Shown here: positions 24,832 through 38,296 of the stretch, one piece after another
Layout of the letters: each line of letters begins with the position of its first letter
Numbering within the stretch: the stretch's first letter is position 1
Assembly (NCBI GenBank): GCA_025603075.1
Contig: MU626312.1
Coordinates: 51,851 to 115,850 of the forward strand
Direction of reading: 5' to 3'
Length of the DNA: 64,000 bases
Source: Neoconidiobolus thromboides FSU 785
Taxonomy: Eukaryota; Fungi; Entomophthoromycota
Made by a program: the position numbers and the translations under genes
Notes under the pieces: generated by a model
Databases searched by the model: none
The model's input: only the letters and a program-made list of their open reading frames with translations
Told to the model about the DNA's origin: nothing

Positions 24832-26558
24832 ATGGGGCCATCAAATAGTAAAGAAAGGCAGGAAGTAAAAGTAACAAGGAGTGATCTTAATGGGAACAAA
24901 ATGAAAGAGGGAGATGCAACTAAAAGATCATTGAGTGATATCAATACTCAAGATAGAAAAGGACTTTCTAATTTAACAAAGATTTTGACAGAATATCATA
25001 AAACATTAAAGCAAAGTAAGAAAGCAATGGTTACTGCGAGTGTTGGGGAAAGCACAAACGAAAATGAAGTAAGTAAAGACAATATAAGTAAGGATGATAG
25101 TACGTCAGCCGCAAACGGAATTGGTATGAATGATATCAAGAGCAAAGAGAATGTGAGAAAGGAAATAAATAATACTGGCGAAATCAAAAAACATGAAGAA
25201 ATGAATAACAAAAGCAATACAAAAGAAAGTGAGATAACCATATTAAAAGAATATCCAACCGATTTTGAAAAAGAAATAACAGATAATAAGATGAATGAAA
25301 AAACGAAAAGCGATTTATTGGTAGTAAGTTCTGTATTTAAAAAGATGGCAAATAAAATAAAAGGAATGAGAAGTGATGAGGACAGAGAGGAGGAGGAAAA
25401 GCAAGGTAACGATAATGAAAAGGAGGAAAGCAGTAATGAGAATAAAAAGAAAAAGAAAGAAGAAAATGTTGAGAAGGAGGAAGAACAAAAAGAACATCAA
25501 AAGCAATTAGAAGCAATAAGAAAGTATTTAAAAAACATAGCGCAAAAGAAAAAGGAACAGAAAGAAAGAGATAAGCTAGAAAACAAAAAGATAATGATTG
25601 AAGACGACGACGCTATTTATGAACAGAATAAAATTAATAAGATTTATATAATTGGAAGTAAAGCATATAAAAGGAAAAGATATGAACAAATCAAAAGGGT
25701 AGGTAGCATTGAAGAAGCTAAGGATAAGATTAAGCGCATCGATTCAGGAAATACTGGGCTACTAAAATTAAGCAAGCAGAGTGTATATAGTGAGAAAGTT
25801 CGTATAAATCATTTTAACAATAATGCCCAAAATTACGAAATTGGAATCATAAATATAGATAAGGATAGTGATAGTGTGAGCTACGGTAATTCAAGTAAGG
25901 GAAAAAATGCTAATAAAGTGGATTCTAGTGGTTTTAATAATGATAGTAATGATATAGTAAATAATAAAAAGTAAATCAAAACTTTTAGTTTAAACAAAAA
26001 TAAACAAATTAAGTAATAGCTTTTTTTAGCATTAAAAAATTGTTTATTATTGAAATTAATCATTTGGAATTTAAATATTTTGGAGATAGTAAGTGAAATA
26101 GATAAACAAATAGTATTGATGCTAAAATAATCTTAATATTACTAGATAAACATCATTTTATATATAAAAATGGATATATCTACCAATGCCAGTTCTTTGG
26201 CACTTTAATAGAGTTGGATTATAAATCAAAGCATGTTCAATTTAAAAGTAAATTAATAATAGTAATTGATGTTGATAATGAAATTTATTTCCACTTCATA
26301 TTTAGTTGATGATAGTACCGAATTCATAAACTGTATTTTATGGACAAATAACAAAAAAGAATATCAGCCATTGAACCTAGGTGACAACTTACACATCCAT
26401 GGTTTGATATCTTTAGACAGAATAGACTGCCGCCGAAAATTTATTAAAGTAAAAAAAATCAGTAAATTTAATGTTGTAATATAAATTTTGTTAGTAATTT
26501 TTTTATTTTAGCCAAAATTTATGATGTTAATTTCGAAGCAAAGTATTACAATCTTTAA
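24832..26558 (+). CDS. Five-exon gene: 380-aa K/E/N-rich region fused to a Stn1-type OB fold
   Basis: Introns 25971-26029, 26089-26145, 26248-26305 and 26462-26511 all keep the frame. The C-terminal part reads KKLFIIEINHL...HFIYKNGYIYQCQFFGTLIE...FKIDDSTEFINCILW...LGDNLHIHG...KIYDVNFE, matching the Stn1 N-terminal OB fold. Confidence 0.6.
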
Positions 26559-29036
26559 TTATTATTATTCATATAATTTAAAATTGTTAACAATCCCACT
26601 CTCAACTTGTCGTTCACCTGTTGACCCTCTTTTATTATATCTTTTGGTACTAAAGACTTCCAATACGTATACCTTGTAAACGAATAAATTAATAATGATT
26701 TCATTAGACCAAATAATAACAAATTACCATCGAAATAATTCCATCATAGGGGGGTCCATATCCAACCACATATCTAAAGTAGATAGCCATTTTTTAAAGA
26801 TGGCAGCTGATAACAACGAATCAAAGTCATTGAATGATATTATGTCTTTAAAGGATAATAGCAGATTAAATAAATCTAAAATATTATTGTTATTATTATA
26901 CTATTATTATAATCATTGTAAACTTACTTAAGTCTTGTTCACTCGGATTAATATCAAAATGCCGTTTTAATATATCTTCCAATCTTGGTATTAAGTTATT
27001 AACCATCAACTTATCAAAAGTACTTCTATCTAATATCTAACAACAATAAATGTAAATACGAAATTACTAAATAACAATAATAACAATTACTTCTCTCCAA
27101 GGTAATATTAACTGTAATAAGTCTTCTTTTTTATCTGCTGGCTCCCACTTTTCAATTGCTTTTGCAATCCATTTTTTAACTGCTTTTATTAACTCTTTTG
27201 GCCATTCATTATGTCGCTTATGTTTATCTTTGTTACCTAATAACAATAAATTAATTTAACTCAATTCAAATACTATTAAAGATAAACTCTTTACTTAATA
27301 ATGGCAGCCAAGGAAATAAATAATAATGGATAGCAAACTTGAAATTCAAATTGGAAATTAAATTTGGTACAATAATATCGTTCATAATTATTTGAAATAT
27401 TGAAGCACAAAACAAAGGTTCCCAGCCTTGTAAAAACTGTATGATTTTGTCATCTTGATCCATCCTTTGATCCATTTTATCACTATTAAAATATTATTAT
27501 TAACTACTTATTTATATATGTATAGCTATAACTTACCTAATAGTTTGCTTTAAAACAGGTAAAAATTCATTGAATACTAAATAATCAAATGGAGAATAGA
27601 TATTGTTAGAACTAAGGTAATAAAGTATTAAATAAACATCAAAGTAATAGTATGTATAATAGCCACTTACTCTTCATTGCCATTTTCATTCTCAACAGTG
27701 TTACTATTATTGACTTTAAATAATAGTGGGTAATTTAAAATCAACTCAAATAATTGTAGTAAATTTGGATCCATTTGATCAAAATTAAATTGTTTTAAAT
27801 AAAGCTTAAACTAAAACCGTTAGTTAGTTATTAAATAAAGTTGAGATTAAACTTACTTTATCTTGTATTATATTAACTGCTATAAATTGGATTTTAACAT
27901 AAATAGCGTTTAAATATTCTGAGTTTGAGTTGATAATTGATAGTAATATTTCATTTAGCTCACTTAGTTTTTTATTGGTAATACTTAGTTCATCATCGCT
28001 GTTACTGCTGCCTTCCATACCATTAATATTCAAAATAAAACTTTTAATTTGATCAAAATAATTCATTTCTACTTGATATTTATGGATAAAGTTGTATACA
28101 TTTTCTTTTTCTAGCTGATAATTATTCAGTTGTAAATTCAGCAGTTTCTTTTCATTGTAAATATCTAACAATTCTTTCTTAGTAACCTCCAAAATAACGT
28201 TAACATCCTTAATCAAATTTTCATCCTTTTCATTATTTTCTCTCCTTTGTTCAACACTTTTAATGATGTGATCTAGGTTTGGATACATCACTGTAGGCTT
28301 TTGAATTTTATTTGGCTTCCTTTCTTTAACCTCTTCTACCTCTTCCTCTTCATTAAAATTACCATCTACTCTTTCTCGGAATCCATTAAAACCCAACCCC
28401 ATATTTTTATTTCGAACTTTCACTTCAATAGGTGCTATCCTACCTGTACCATCTTTACCTAAACCTTCATTCTAAAAAAACATCTATTAGCATTATTTAA
28501 TATATATAAAAGACAAATTTACTTTATTAAACCCCATCTTTTCCATCATTTTAAGTACTGTTTTTTTCTTATCATGTTTTAAAAATGCGCCAAAATCTCT
28601 ATCTACTTGTTTTGGTTGTTGAAATTTCTTTTTGTTCATTACTTTATTCTTTTTGAAACTAGGTTGATAATTTCCTTCCTCTTTTTTCTCAATTATATTG
28701 TTGTTACTAAAGCTCACTCGTACATCATCATCATTTAACTCTTCTCTACCAAAACCCATATGAGTATCCTCTTCTTCGCTTAATTCCTCTTTACTAAAAT
28801 TCATTCTAATTTCTTCTTCGCTGTCATCATCATTGGGCACGACAAACTCAACTGGGCTAATAGAAATTTAGTCTTCTTTAATTAATGAATTAAAATATTT
28901 ACTCTGTTAAATTTCTATTTCTTGTATCTATCTCTTCTTCTTCTTCTTCTCCAAAGATGCCATATATATCATCATCTTTATCTCTCTTCCTAAATCTTCT
29001 TCCTGTTGTATATTCTTCGTTTTCTGAGCTTGACAT
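26555..29036 (-). CDS. TFIP11: G-patch spliceosome disassembly factor TFIP11/Ntr1/Spp382
   Basis: TIP_N motif DDDIYGIF. G-patch VLKMMEKMGF...GLGKDG.GRIAPIEVKVRNKNMGLGF. GCFC-domain motifs YLFPWLPLL and WLDMDPPMMELFRWYTYWKSL. Confidence 0.9.
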
Positions 29037-29221
29037 GCTATTTTTTATATTAAGATTACAGATGCTAAAAATTAATCTCTTCAAGCTTGAAAATGAATAC
29101 AAATTATCGTTCAGCCAATCAACTATTAACTTTAAGTAACTTTATAACAGTATTAAAAAAATGGAAAAATATTTATTTGTGGCTTGTTTTAATTATTTAG
29201 AGAAAATAAAGGAATTGTGGA

Positions 29222-31845
29222 ATGAGTTATAATAATTTAAACCATTTTCATCAAACAAAATTTGAGGATTGTACACAGCTGCTATTTGATGCGTGTGACG
29301 GTAAATGGGTTTATTTTATAAATTAGAGACAATAGTTGAATTTGATAACATTTAGACTTGCAAGTTGGAGAGCTAATCCATGGAGATAATTTCTCATTGA
29401 TAGAAGCCATGTCGGTAATAGAGGTAGATAAAATTGTATTATTAAATTAAAAGGGTATATTTAACAAATAATAAGATAATGGACCCAAAGATGGACTCTG
29501 GCTTGAATTTAACAGTAGAAAGCGAAAACCAAGAAACAAAATTAAACCCAATTCAAAGCTATGACGTACATCAAGTTATTACTTTAAACCAATTACTTTA
29601 TCTTATGGATGATTTGTTTTGCTATGAAGTAAACTTACTATTATAATATTAAGGTTTATTAAATATATTTAGTTAACTTGGTTTTCGGGTTATTCCTTAG
29701 GGCAGACGATATATACATGTCATTATGTAAGGAAAGTAAACCAATTACCAATACTAACCTCTAAAATGTATGATCTAAACTTCAAAAACGATATTGAACT
29801 AAGCGAGTTTTATCTAATGGTATTAAAAGTGTATATTATGGGATGTATAAAGAGTTGTCAATTGATATGGTCTGAATTTATCAAAGGATATGGATATGAA
29901 GAAGAGGATTTTTCAACTAATAAAACAGGTCTCAGTTTTTATCCAGAAATAACAATACAACAGAGTATTAAATGGTTGGATGAAGTGGAGTATTTGATTT
30001 CAGAATATAGCAAAATAAAAGATAGAAAATCAAATATAGAAGAAAAGGAGATACTAAAACAGTGTAAACTAAGGATCCAGAAGAGAAAATATTTTTTAAA
30101 GAGTATCAACTGCTTGAGTTTATTGTATTGTGAGGGATATCCAGATAGTAATAAGAACTTAATTAAATTGAAATATTTGATGGAAAATGAGTTTAAGATC
30201 GAATTTAGCATGAATAATACGCAATCAAAATTAACAAAAGCATTTGATCCCAATCTGATTTGTTTATTAAACATCAATTGTCCACCAAGAAAAATTCAAC
30301 AAATGAATCTTAAAGATAGTTATGACCAATTTATTGAGCTAATCAAAGAATTGATTTTTACTACAGAAATTATCCATTATAAATCAAGTTTACATTTAAA
30401 TAATTTGATTAGGCAATTTTCGGAAAAACATCCAAAAACTTCAGCAATATCAAGGTCCTTTTTATCAACCGCGATTTATTATGATCGACATTTTTTAGGT
30501 AAAATATTGTAATAAAATGAATTTTGTTTATGAATATTAAGATTATGTAGGTAAACTAGGGTTAATAAATATAAGTAGGGAAGTATTGAGATATTACTAT
30601 CCGAACCTATATGTAATTATAGAGTACTTTAATAAGTATAAAAATGAACAAGTGATGCAAAAGATGCATGAGATTTTCATGGAATTCAATTTTAAGTTGA
30701 GTCAATTTATATTACATCAATATCAATTACTAATCAAAAATCGCAGTCGACAATATAGATTATTAAAAAAGTATTTGAGACTGTTTAACCAACTTAAATA
30801 CGATCAAACAGAGTTTACAAATCAAATGCACGATTTATGTTTAAAAATGGATTTCACTGAAGATAATAAGGAATTATTACATTTCAAAAATGAATTTAAT
30901 TTAGGAATTAACGATTTAAATGTTTATTTATATCTTCATCAGTATGATTCTATGATCAATTATCTAAAGATTGGGTTTGATTTACAATTGTATAGCCATT
31001 ATGAATACATCTTTATTTATTTTCAAATGGAATGTTTATTAAAACAACAAATTAATTTTTATTATAAACTATTAAAGATAAATACATGGAATCAAAGTAT
31101 GCAATATCTGATCAGTTTAATTAAACAGAATAGTAATTACAAACATAGTGGACATAATGATAATAGGGTTCACGATGATGAAAGTATGGGAAGAGCCAAT
31201 CATCACTTATTACACCTCATTTATGCACAGTTACAGTTAAAGTTATGTGAGATCATTAACATTATATTATCACTGTTAATCCACTATCAAGTAGTTGAAG
31301 GTCCATTTAGGGAAAACAAAATTAATTTGAATGAAAAGGATGAATTAAAATACCAATTGAGATTTCAAGCGTTTTTAAATGTTAAATATAATTTAGATTA
31401 TCTGATGTTTGATGACTTAAAAGGTAAACTCGAGGTTTATCAAGATTTAGTTAGCAATGATAGGAATAAGAGCAGCGGCAACAATAACAGAAATGGCAGT
31501 GATAGCATGAATGGATATAACGATAATAGTATAAATGGTGATAACAGTAAACCACATGATGGCATAGATAATATATTAATCAATGAAATGGTACAGTATA
31601 AACTCAATAGATTATTTAAGCAACTGTACCAGACTGTTGATTATATGAAGAAGCTGATGGTATGTAATGAAGAACATTTTAATCGTTTATTGACAATCAA
31701 TTTGACTATGAAAGATTTGGATTTGATTCAAGAAAAGATTAACAATTATAAATCATTTTTAATTAATTTTAAAACAAGTTCTAAAGTCTCCCTAAAGCCA
31801 CATATTACCTCCCCTAAGTCTGCCTGGCTACTTTCGTTTGTTTAA
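29222..31845 (+). CDS. MAK10: NatC auxiliary subunit Mak10/NAA35
   Basis: [55 protein letters not shown] and EEEDFSTN are all Mak10 signature segments. Confidence 0.9.
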
Positions 31846-32037
31846 AGCTCGTTGCTCATATAAAATATAGCTTAATTTTAGTTTATCATTTTATTTATAA
31901 TTTTATAATTTGTTCTTATTCTTCTATCTATTTAATAAATTGTCACGCAAACCTTCTAGCCAATAAAATAATGCCCTTTATATCAGCTAAAAACGTAACA
32001 TTTTTTAAGATTATTTTTTAAACTTTTAGAAGCAATA

Positions 32038-33331
32038 ATGATCAGAGATCGCACCAAACTATTTGAACAATTTAGAAAGGGATATGAGTATGAGCTAAAC
32101 CTGTCCTTAGATGATTATGAGTTACAAGAAATCAATAATAATACTATGAATACACAAAAATATAAAAAAAGTTTTAATAAAGAGTATGTCAGCCTGGATA
32201 TGGATAATGGACAATTGGATTGGTAAATAATGAATGCGAAGTTTTATTTTGTCAAGATTAACGTTTTTTTAGGTTGAATATTAAAGAACAAGTATATTTA
32301 TATTAAATGATTAAGAAGGTGAGAGATTAAATGTTGTTTATAGATTCAAGAAAATATAAAACAGGTGGAAGATGAGTGTAATTGCATTTAAATACCTAAT
32401 TTAAAAATACTAATAAACTAGTAAAAAACCTAAAAATATTACATAAAAAGCGATTGATGCCGGGGTTCACGGATCGTTCTAATGAAGAAAAGGCAATATT
32501 AGAGTTAAGTGAGCTAATTACAACAGTAATTTCTAATAAAGAAACATTTATTTTAAAAAAATTAAAGCTCTTTAGAAACTGAGAAAATGTCATCATCTAT
32601 TACAGACATTGACCCGAGCATCAAAGACCAACGACAAGAGTAGTTTGGTCGTTAAAAATAGTACTATTTCATTAGCTATCCATCTACAAAATTTATCCAA
32701 CCAGTTCCAAGCATTTCAGAAGGAATATGTGAATAGTAAGCAATATTAGTAAATGAAAATAAACATTAAGAGCAATTCATTTATAGAATTGAGACAAAGA
32801 GAAGGAGGAATTGGTAATAAGGAGGGTAGTAGTACAAATTTAATTAATTTCAATGAGGATAGTAATATGGAAGATGTAACTAAAAAAGCAATAAAAATTA
32901 TACTCACTGTTAATTAATTTCTCATAATAGGAATACTCGTTTCAATTGGTAGAACAGGAAGTAGTGATATCGGAAAATGAAGAGAGGATTATAATGGAGA
33001 GAGAAAGTGAAATTGATAAAATTACTCAAAGTATCAGTGAATTAGGAGAGCTGTTTCGCTCATTACAAAGTATGGTTATTGATCAGGGTACTCTTCTTGA
33101 TCGTATTGATTATAACGTGGAACAAATTGCTACAAACATTAAGGAGGCCAATGAAGAGTTGAACATAGTAAGCTGTTTTATGAAGATTAATATTTTCTTT
33201 TAAAATTAATTCATGTTATTTAGGCTACTACTTATCAAAGGTCAACTAAATCTAAATATTGTATAGTTCTATTAATTGTATTGATCTTGATTATGCTACT
33301 TTTGGTACTGTTCAAAAGGTCTAAGAGCTAA
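32038..33331 (+). CDS. TLG2: Qa-SNARE syntaxin-16/Tlg2
   Basis: N-peptide MIRDRTKLF, LHKKRLMPGFTDR, SNARE motif ERESEIDKITQSISELGELFRSLQSMVIDQGTLLDRIDYNVE, and a C-terminal TM anchor. Confidence 0.92.
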
Positions 33332-33892
33332 GTGAGTATTGGATTAATTAATCATATTAATAATATTAATAATAAAGTTATTTATATAAGTATGTGATTG
33401 TTTTTTTTAACAATGTTAAACATGACAAACAGACATGTGATTTATTAATAGATAATTTAATTATAATGTAAAGTGATTATATGGTAAAAAATTACAATTT
33501 ACTAGAACATCTGTAATAATTAATTCATTTTCATAAATTCTTGGTCATCATAAAAATAAAAGTGATAAGGATAATAAGTTTATTAAAAGCTTGAATTTTT
33601 AATTAATATTTTGCTCATTTTATTGGTTCAATAAAGGAATCTTAATGTATATCTCTGTTCATATGTACAAAATTTCAACTTCAAGGCAAAAAAGCCTATA
33701 ATATAGCACAAAAAAAGTGGGGATTGGGCAAAAAATATATAAAAAAGTGAAAAAAGCGGACTAAAAAAGTAAAGTTGTGATTTATATATTAAGTTTAGAT
33801 TATAAGTTGAGCAAAAAATATAAAAATAAGCTTTAGTTTTTTTCAAATGAGAATACGTGATAAAATATAAGTTGCTAATCACTCATTCTTTC

Positions 33893-35951
33893 TCAAAACT
33901 CAGTCGGAAAATTCCTTATATCAAATAAGTGATCATGGATCATTTCTTGTTCTCCAACTTGATTGTTCTTATTTCTCGTTGCATCATGGTTCCATCGTGA
34001 CATAAACTGTCGATGCTGTCGTTCTGCATCATACATTGTATCGATGAACGTTGCATTCAAATAAAAGCTATTCCCTGACGCTAATAAAATATTAATTAAT
34101 ACTCATTCATCAAATTTGGCAATCACTATTTTACCTTGACTCTTACGATCCAAATGGATCTCTGGATCAGCTGTAGTTAAATCCGGAATATCTGCAAATG
34201 GATCTTCCTCTTCAACAATTGAGCACCATTTCATTTGCTCTGGGTCAAAGATCATGTTACCAACACGGCGTGGTCTCTTGCTTCCATTAAGATTGGTAAT
34301 AAGGGCTGGGCGAGGAGGTGATACAGCATCAAAATCTTTTAATGCCTGCTCATTACCTTCCCAAGTTTGAGTACGTGGGTTAAATCTCATATCCCCAACG
34401 ACTATAAATTGAACTTTAGTTTAATGTTATGTTATTTGCTTATCTATGTTTACCTCTTTCTGTTTTAAGAGAATTCAAGTTTTTAATGAGATGGGGTTTA
34501 CTCTAAAATAAAATCAATAACTAATTATTATTATCATGCATATACTTACAACTTTCTTTTTATAAGTTTTGACATTTGATTTAACAACTTCAATTTCTGA
34601 AAAATGGCTAAGAAGAGTTGAATAACTTTCGCGAGCACCTAAGATACAAATTAACAAATGGTTAATAACTCAAAAATCTAAATTTACTTTCCGTTTTTGG
34701 TGGATTTAAACGTTGAAATTTATGACCACTACGCAACTCAGGTTTTGATTGAACTGGAAGATTGTCAAACTCATCTAATTCGGTTCCATCTCCATAGTAC
34801 TGTAATTTCGACATTACTAATGGCTTAGAATTACTTGATAAACTAGTTTGTTTAGGGATTTGTAAACTTTTAGTTGGCATAGGCATGTTTAATAAACTGT
34901 TGTTGTTTTCTAATATTCTTTTACTAATCGTATCATTCGAGCTTTTTTGTCGAAGTGCTTTACGTGAATATGTCTTATTTGATGAGTTAGCTTGTGCTAT
35001 CATATTTGGTAAAGTATAAAGATCAAGTTTGATTGCATTTCTAGTGAGTATACGAGCTGCTGGCGTCACACTCTTACGTTTCAATAGCCTATTTTGTTCT
35101 GCTTTAATGGTAAATACATTATCATTTGGAACTTCAATATCTTGTAACCAATCTTCTTCACGATTAACTGATGGTCGATATGGCTTCCTTTGTGCTAACT
35201 TCAAAGTGCTCATAGACTCAGGGAAAGCAACATCATCCCAATGTTCAGTGCTACTTTCTGGTGTGATTGGCGGAAAGATCTTTTGAGGTGTTTTACTGCT
35301 CGATAATCCAGTAGTATCTGAGGTAAAAGCAGCATCCAAATCATCTCCATCAAAATTCAGCTCAAGTGGTATATCACGTTCATGAGGAGAAAGCTGAAGT
35401 CTCAATTTGCCATCAGGTAAATTGAAATCATTTTCTCCGAATTGTTCTTCTTCGACTGAATTTAAGCTTGAGAATCGACTAAATGTTGAAGCACGTGAAG
35501 GCCCTGGATCTTTCTCTCCTCCAAAAAAACCATCAATGTCGTCTGAAAATGAGATACTTCTAGGCTTAATTGAAAATCCATTTTGTGGTATAACTATATC
35601 TTCGCCCCAATCCGAATGTTCAGAACTCACTGATCGCTTTGAACCAGATAATCGTGTTACTGTTCCTGGCCCATTGTAGCTTGAAAGAAACTTTGATACT
35701 GAATCTAAAGATGGTTTATGTAAAGGTAGTTGAAACTCTGAGTTTGAGAAAGCATCAGAATAATCATTATTTTCAACTTGTGTTTGGTCTGATTGAATTG
35801 TTGTTGTTGTGTCTTTGCGAGGTAAGGTGTTGAATGACAGTCCACTATCAGGTAATTCAATGTCATCCCAATTACTTAACTCGTCCTCCTCCCTCTCATT
35901 GGCCTCCATATATTCTGAAAGGTCAATTTTGTTAGTGGAATGACCCTCCAT
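33893..35951 (-). CDS. BYR4: Byr4/Bfa1-like septation/mitotic-exit GAP scaffold
   Basis: YYGDGTELDEFDNLP, MRFNPRTQTWEGNE, SPPRPALITNL and VGNMIFDPEQMKW motifs, plus repeated W-D-D/acidic motifs in the N-terminal half. Confidence 0.82.
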
Positions 35952-36713
35952 TGTAAGATTAATTAAGGTAGCCACTTAGGTAAAATTGATTAAAATAATG
36001 AAATGCGTATATTAAATAAAATAGAATTTAGAAATATAACAAGAAGTTTGAATAAATTAATCAAATCACTTGTTTTAGTTGGATATAAAACTTACTGTAC
36101 GTATATTAACAAAGCATAATTGAACAAAGTAAAACAGGGAGCAAGTTTTTTGTTGGTTCATGATCAAATTATGATTTCATTTTTACAAATTTTAGCAAAT
36201 CAACTTTAAATTATTTTAAGTTTTGTTCAATCAAATCATTTTTATAGTTAGGGAGAATAACTCCTACTACATTTTTGGCTAAAAAAAGTCAAAACTACAT
36301 CATTTTAGAAGAAAAAGACCATATTTTTATGAATACGATATGAAGTGAAGTTTAAAATAACATTAAATTTCTCGAAAAACCTTTTAAGGAAAATATAAAA
36401 GTATACTCATACCCTGTTACTTGCTATCACCTTGATTTGTTATCAATCAATTTACCGCTTTATTAAAAAAAATGAAAATTTATCACTGTAAATTAATATT
36501 TTTTATTATATTAATATTCAATATGATAAAAGATAGGGGATACAATTTTAATCAAACTCTAACTAATTCCATAAAAAGCTAGGCGTTAAATTGCCAATAT
36601 TTAATACAAACTAGGTTGATTTATTAAACTTCATTTAAGTTAGTACTTGTACCATAATTAGAACATTAAATTAAACAAAACTTGGACTTGGAACTTTGCA
36701 TTGCATTATATAT

Positions 36714-36807
36714 GGGGCTGTTTTTTTGGTTTCATTATTTTTCCATTTTTAAGCGTTATTTAAGTGGAAATTTGTTGGTAAAATTCTTAAACACAAAAAC
36801 ACATCTC
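36714..36807. mobile_element. MITE family copy 5
   Basis: GGGGCTGTTTTTTT...AAAAACACATCTC with ATAT/ATAT flanks. Confidence 0.8.
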
Positions 36808-37159
36808 ATATATTAAATTATACAATATTATAAAACACAATATTAGAATTAGAGTTATAAAAAATAAAATAAAATAAAATATACAATAATGATTTTATTT
36901 TAAAATGCAAGAAATCTTTATATTAAAATATAATGAAAAATAACTTAAACAACTCAAGCAACATTTAATAATTTTTATATTATTAAACAAATAATATTTA
37001 TAATATTTTTACATGTTTTAATTTGAAAATAAGCTGGATTTTTTTAAAATTCATGTTTGAATTTTTAAAGTTATTTATATTATAGATTAAATTAAAAGGT
37101 TTAAGAAAATTTCACAGCCTTTCAAAAACATTTTGAAAATTTATTGAATTTATACATAT

Positions 37160-37258
37160 GGAGATGTATTTTTTTGCTTGAGAATTTTACTACCAACCTT
37201 TCCCCTCAAATAGCGTTTAGAAGATGGAAAAAGTAATGAAACCAAAAAAAACAGCCGC
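37160..37258. mobile_element. MITE family copy 6
   Basis: GGAGATGTATTTTT...AAAAAAAACAGCCGC with the family core. Right flank does not match the left ATAT. Confidence 0.75.
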
Positions 37259-37373
37259 TTAGCAAAATTTTTAAATTTTTAATTATATCTACTTTTAACT
37301 ATACACATATTAAAAAACTATAAACTTAATAAGACCTGATCAGAAAAGAGTATTTTCTTAAAAATTACTATTT

Positions 37374-37471
37374 GGGAGTGTTTTTTGACTTCATTATTTT
37401 TTCCATTTTTTTAAGCGCTGTTTAAGCGAAAAATTTGTTAGTAAAATTCTTAAACATAAAAATACATCCCC
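37374..37471. mobile_element. MITE family copy 7
   Basis: GGGAGTGTTTTTT...AAAAATACATCCCC with ATTT/ATTT flanks (a non-ATAT target duplication). Confidence 0.85.
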
Positions 37472-37689
37472 ATTTGTTGCTTATTAAAAAATTAAAGATA
37501 AGCAATTTAAAGTTAAAAATAAATTTAAATAAGTAATTTAAAATAATTTAATATATTTTTAAAATATAATAATACAATGATTAATTAAAAATAATTTGTT
37601 TAATAAATAATTTAAATAAGTTTTAAAAATAACTTTATCATTTTATTTAAATCAAAAGTATTAACTAATTATTTTATTAGTAAAAATAC

Positions 37690-37788
37690 GTGGATATTTT
37701 TTTTGATTTCATTATTTTTCCATTTTTTTGAACACTATTTGAGCAGAAAAATTGTTAGTAAAATTCTTAAACACAAGAAAACATCCCT
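37690..37788. mobile_element. MITE family copy 8
   Basis: GTGGATATTTTTTTT...AAAACATCCCT with ATAC/GTAC flanks. Confidence 0.75.
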
Positions 37789-37956
37789 GTACAATAAAAT
37801 TAAAAACTAAACTTTTTGGTAATAAAAGTAAAATATATAAAAAAATCAAAGCTTTGTATTAAACATATATTTAGATTATGATTAATAAAAGCTTAACTTT
37901 GTAATAAATAAATAAAATAAACTATAAGATAACTAATTTTTTACTGATTTACATAT

Positions 37957-38054
37957 GGGGATGTTTTTTTGGCTTCATTACTTTTCCCTTCTTTTAATCG
38001 CTATTTGAGTGGAAAAACTATTAGTAAAATTTTTAAGTACAAAAATACATCCCT
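37957..38054. mobile_element. MITE family copy 9
   Basis: GGGGATGTTTTTTT...AAAAATACATCCCT with ATAT/ATAT flanks. Confidence 0.85.
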
Positions 38055-38195
38055 ATATAATATAAATATTATAACTTATTCATATTAGTTTTAATAGTTA
38101 TTTATGATAATGTAAAGTTTATAGCGTTTTATAATAAAATAGTATATACATATTATTAAAGTTTATTAATAATGAAAGCAGAAAAAATAATGTAT

Positions 38196-38292
38196 GGGGA
38201 TGTTTTTTGTGTTTAAGAATTTTACCAACAAATTTTCCACTCAAATAGTGTTTAAAACATGAAAAAAGTAATAAAGTCAAAAAAACATTCCT
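38196..38292. mobile_element. MITE family copy 10
   Basis: GGGGATGTTTTTTG...AAAAAAACATTCCT. The right flank ATAT is shared with copy 11. Confidence 0.85.
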
Positions 38293-38296
38293 ATAT

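Noticed and set aside
3700-33730. Recurrent CCAAT/ATTGG boxes upstream of several genes and TTAGCTAA palindromes upstream of the desaturase
   Set aside because: These short motifs are expected by chance in AT-rich DNA, and enrichment cannot be shown without statistics.
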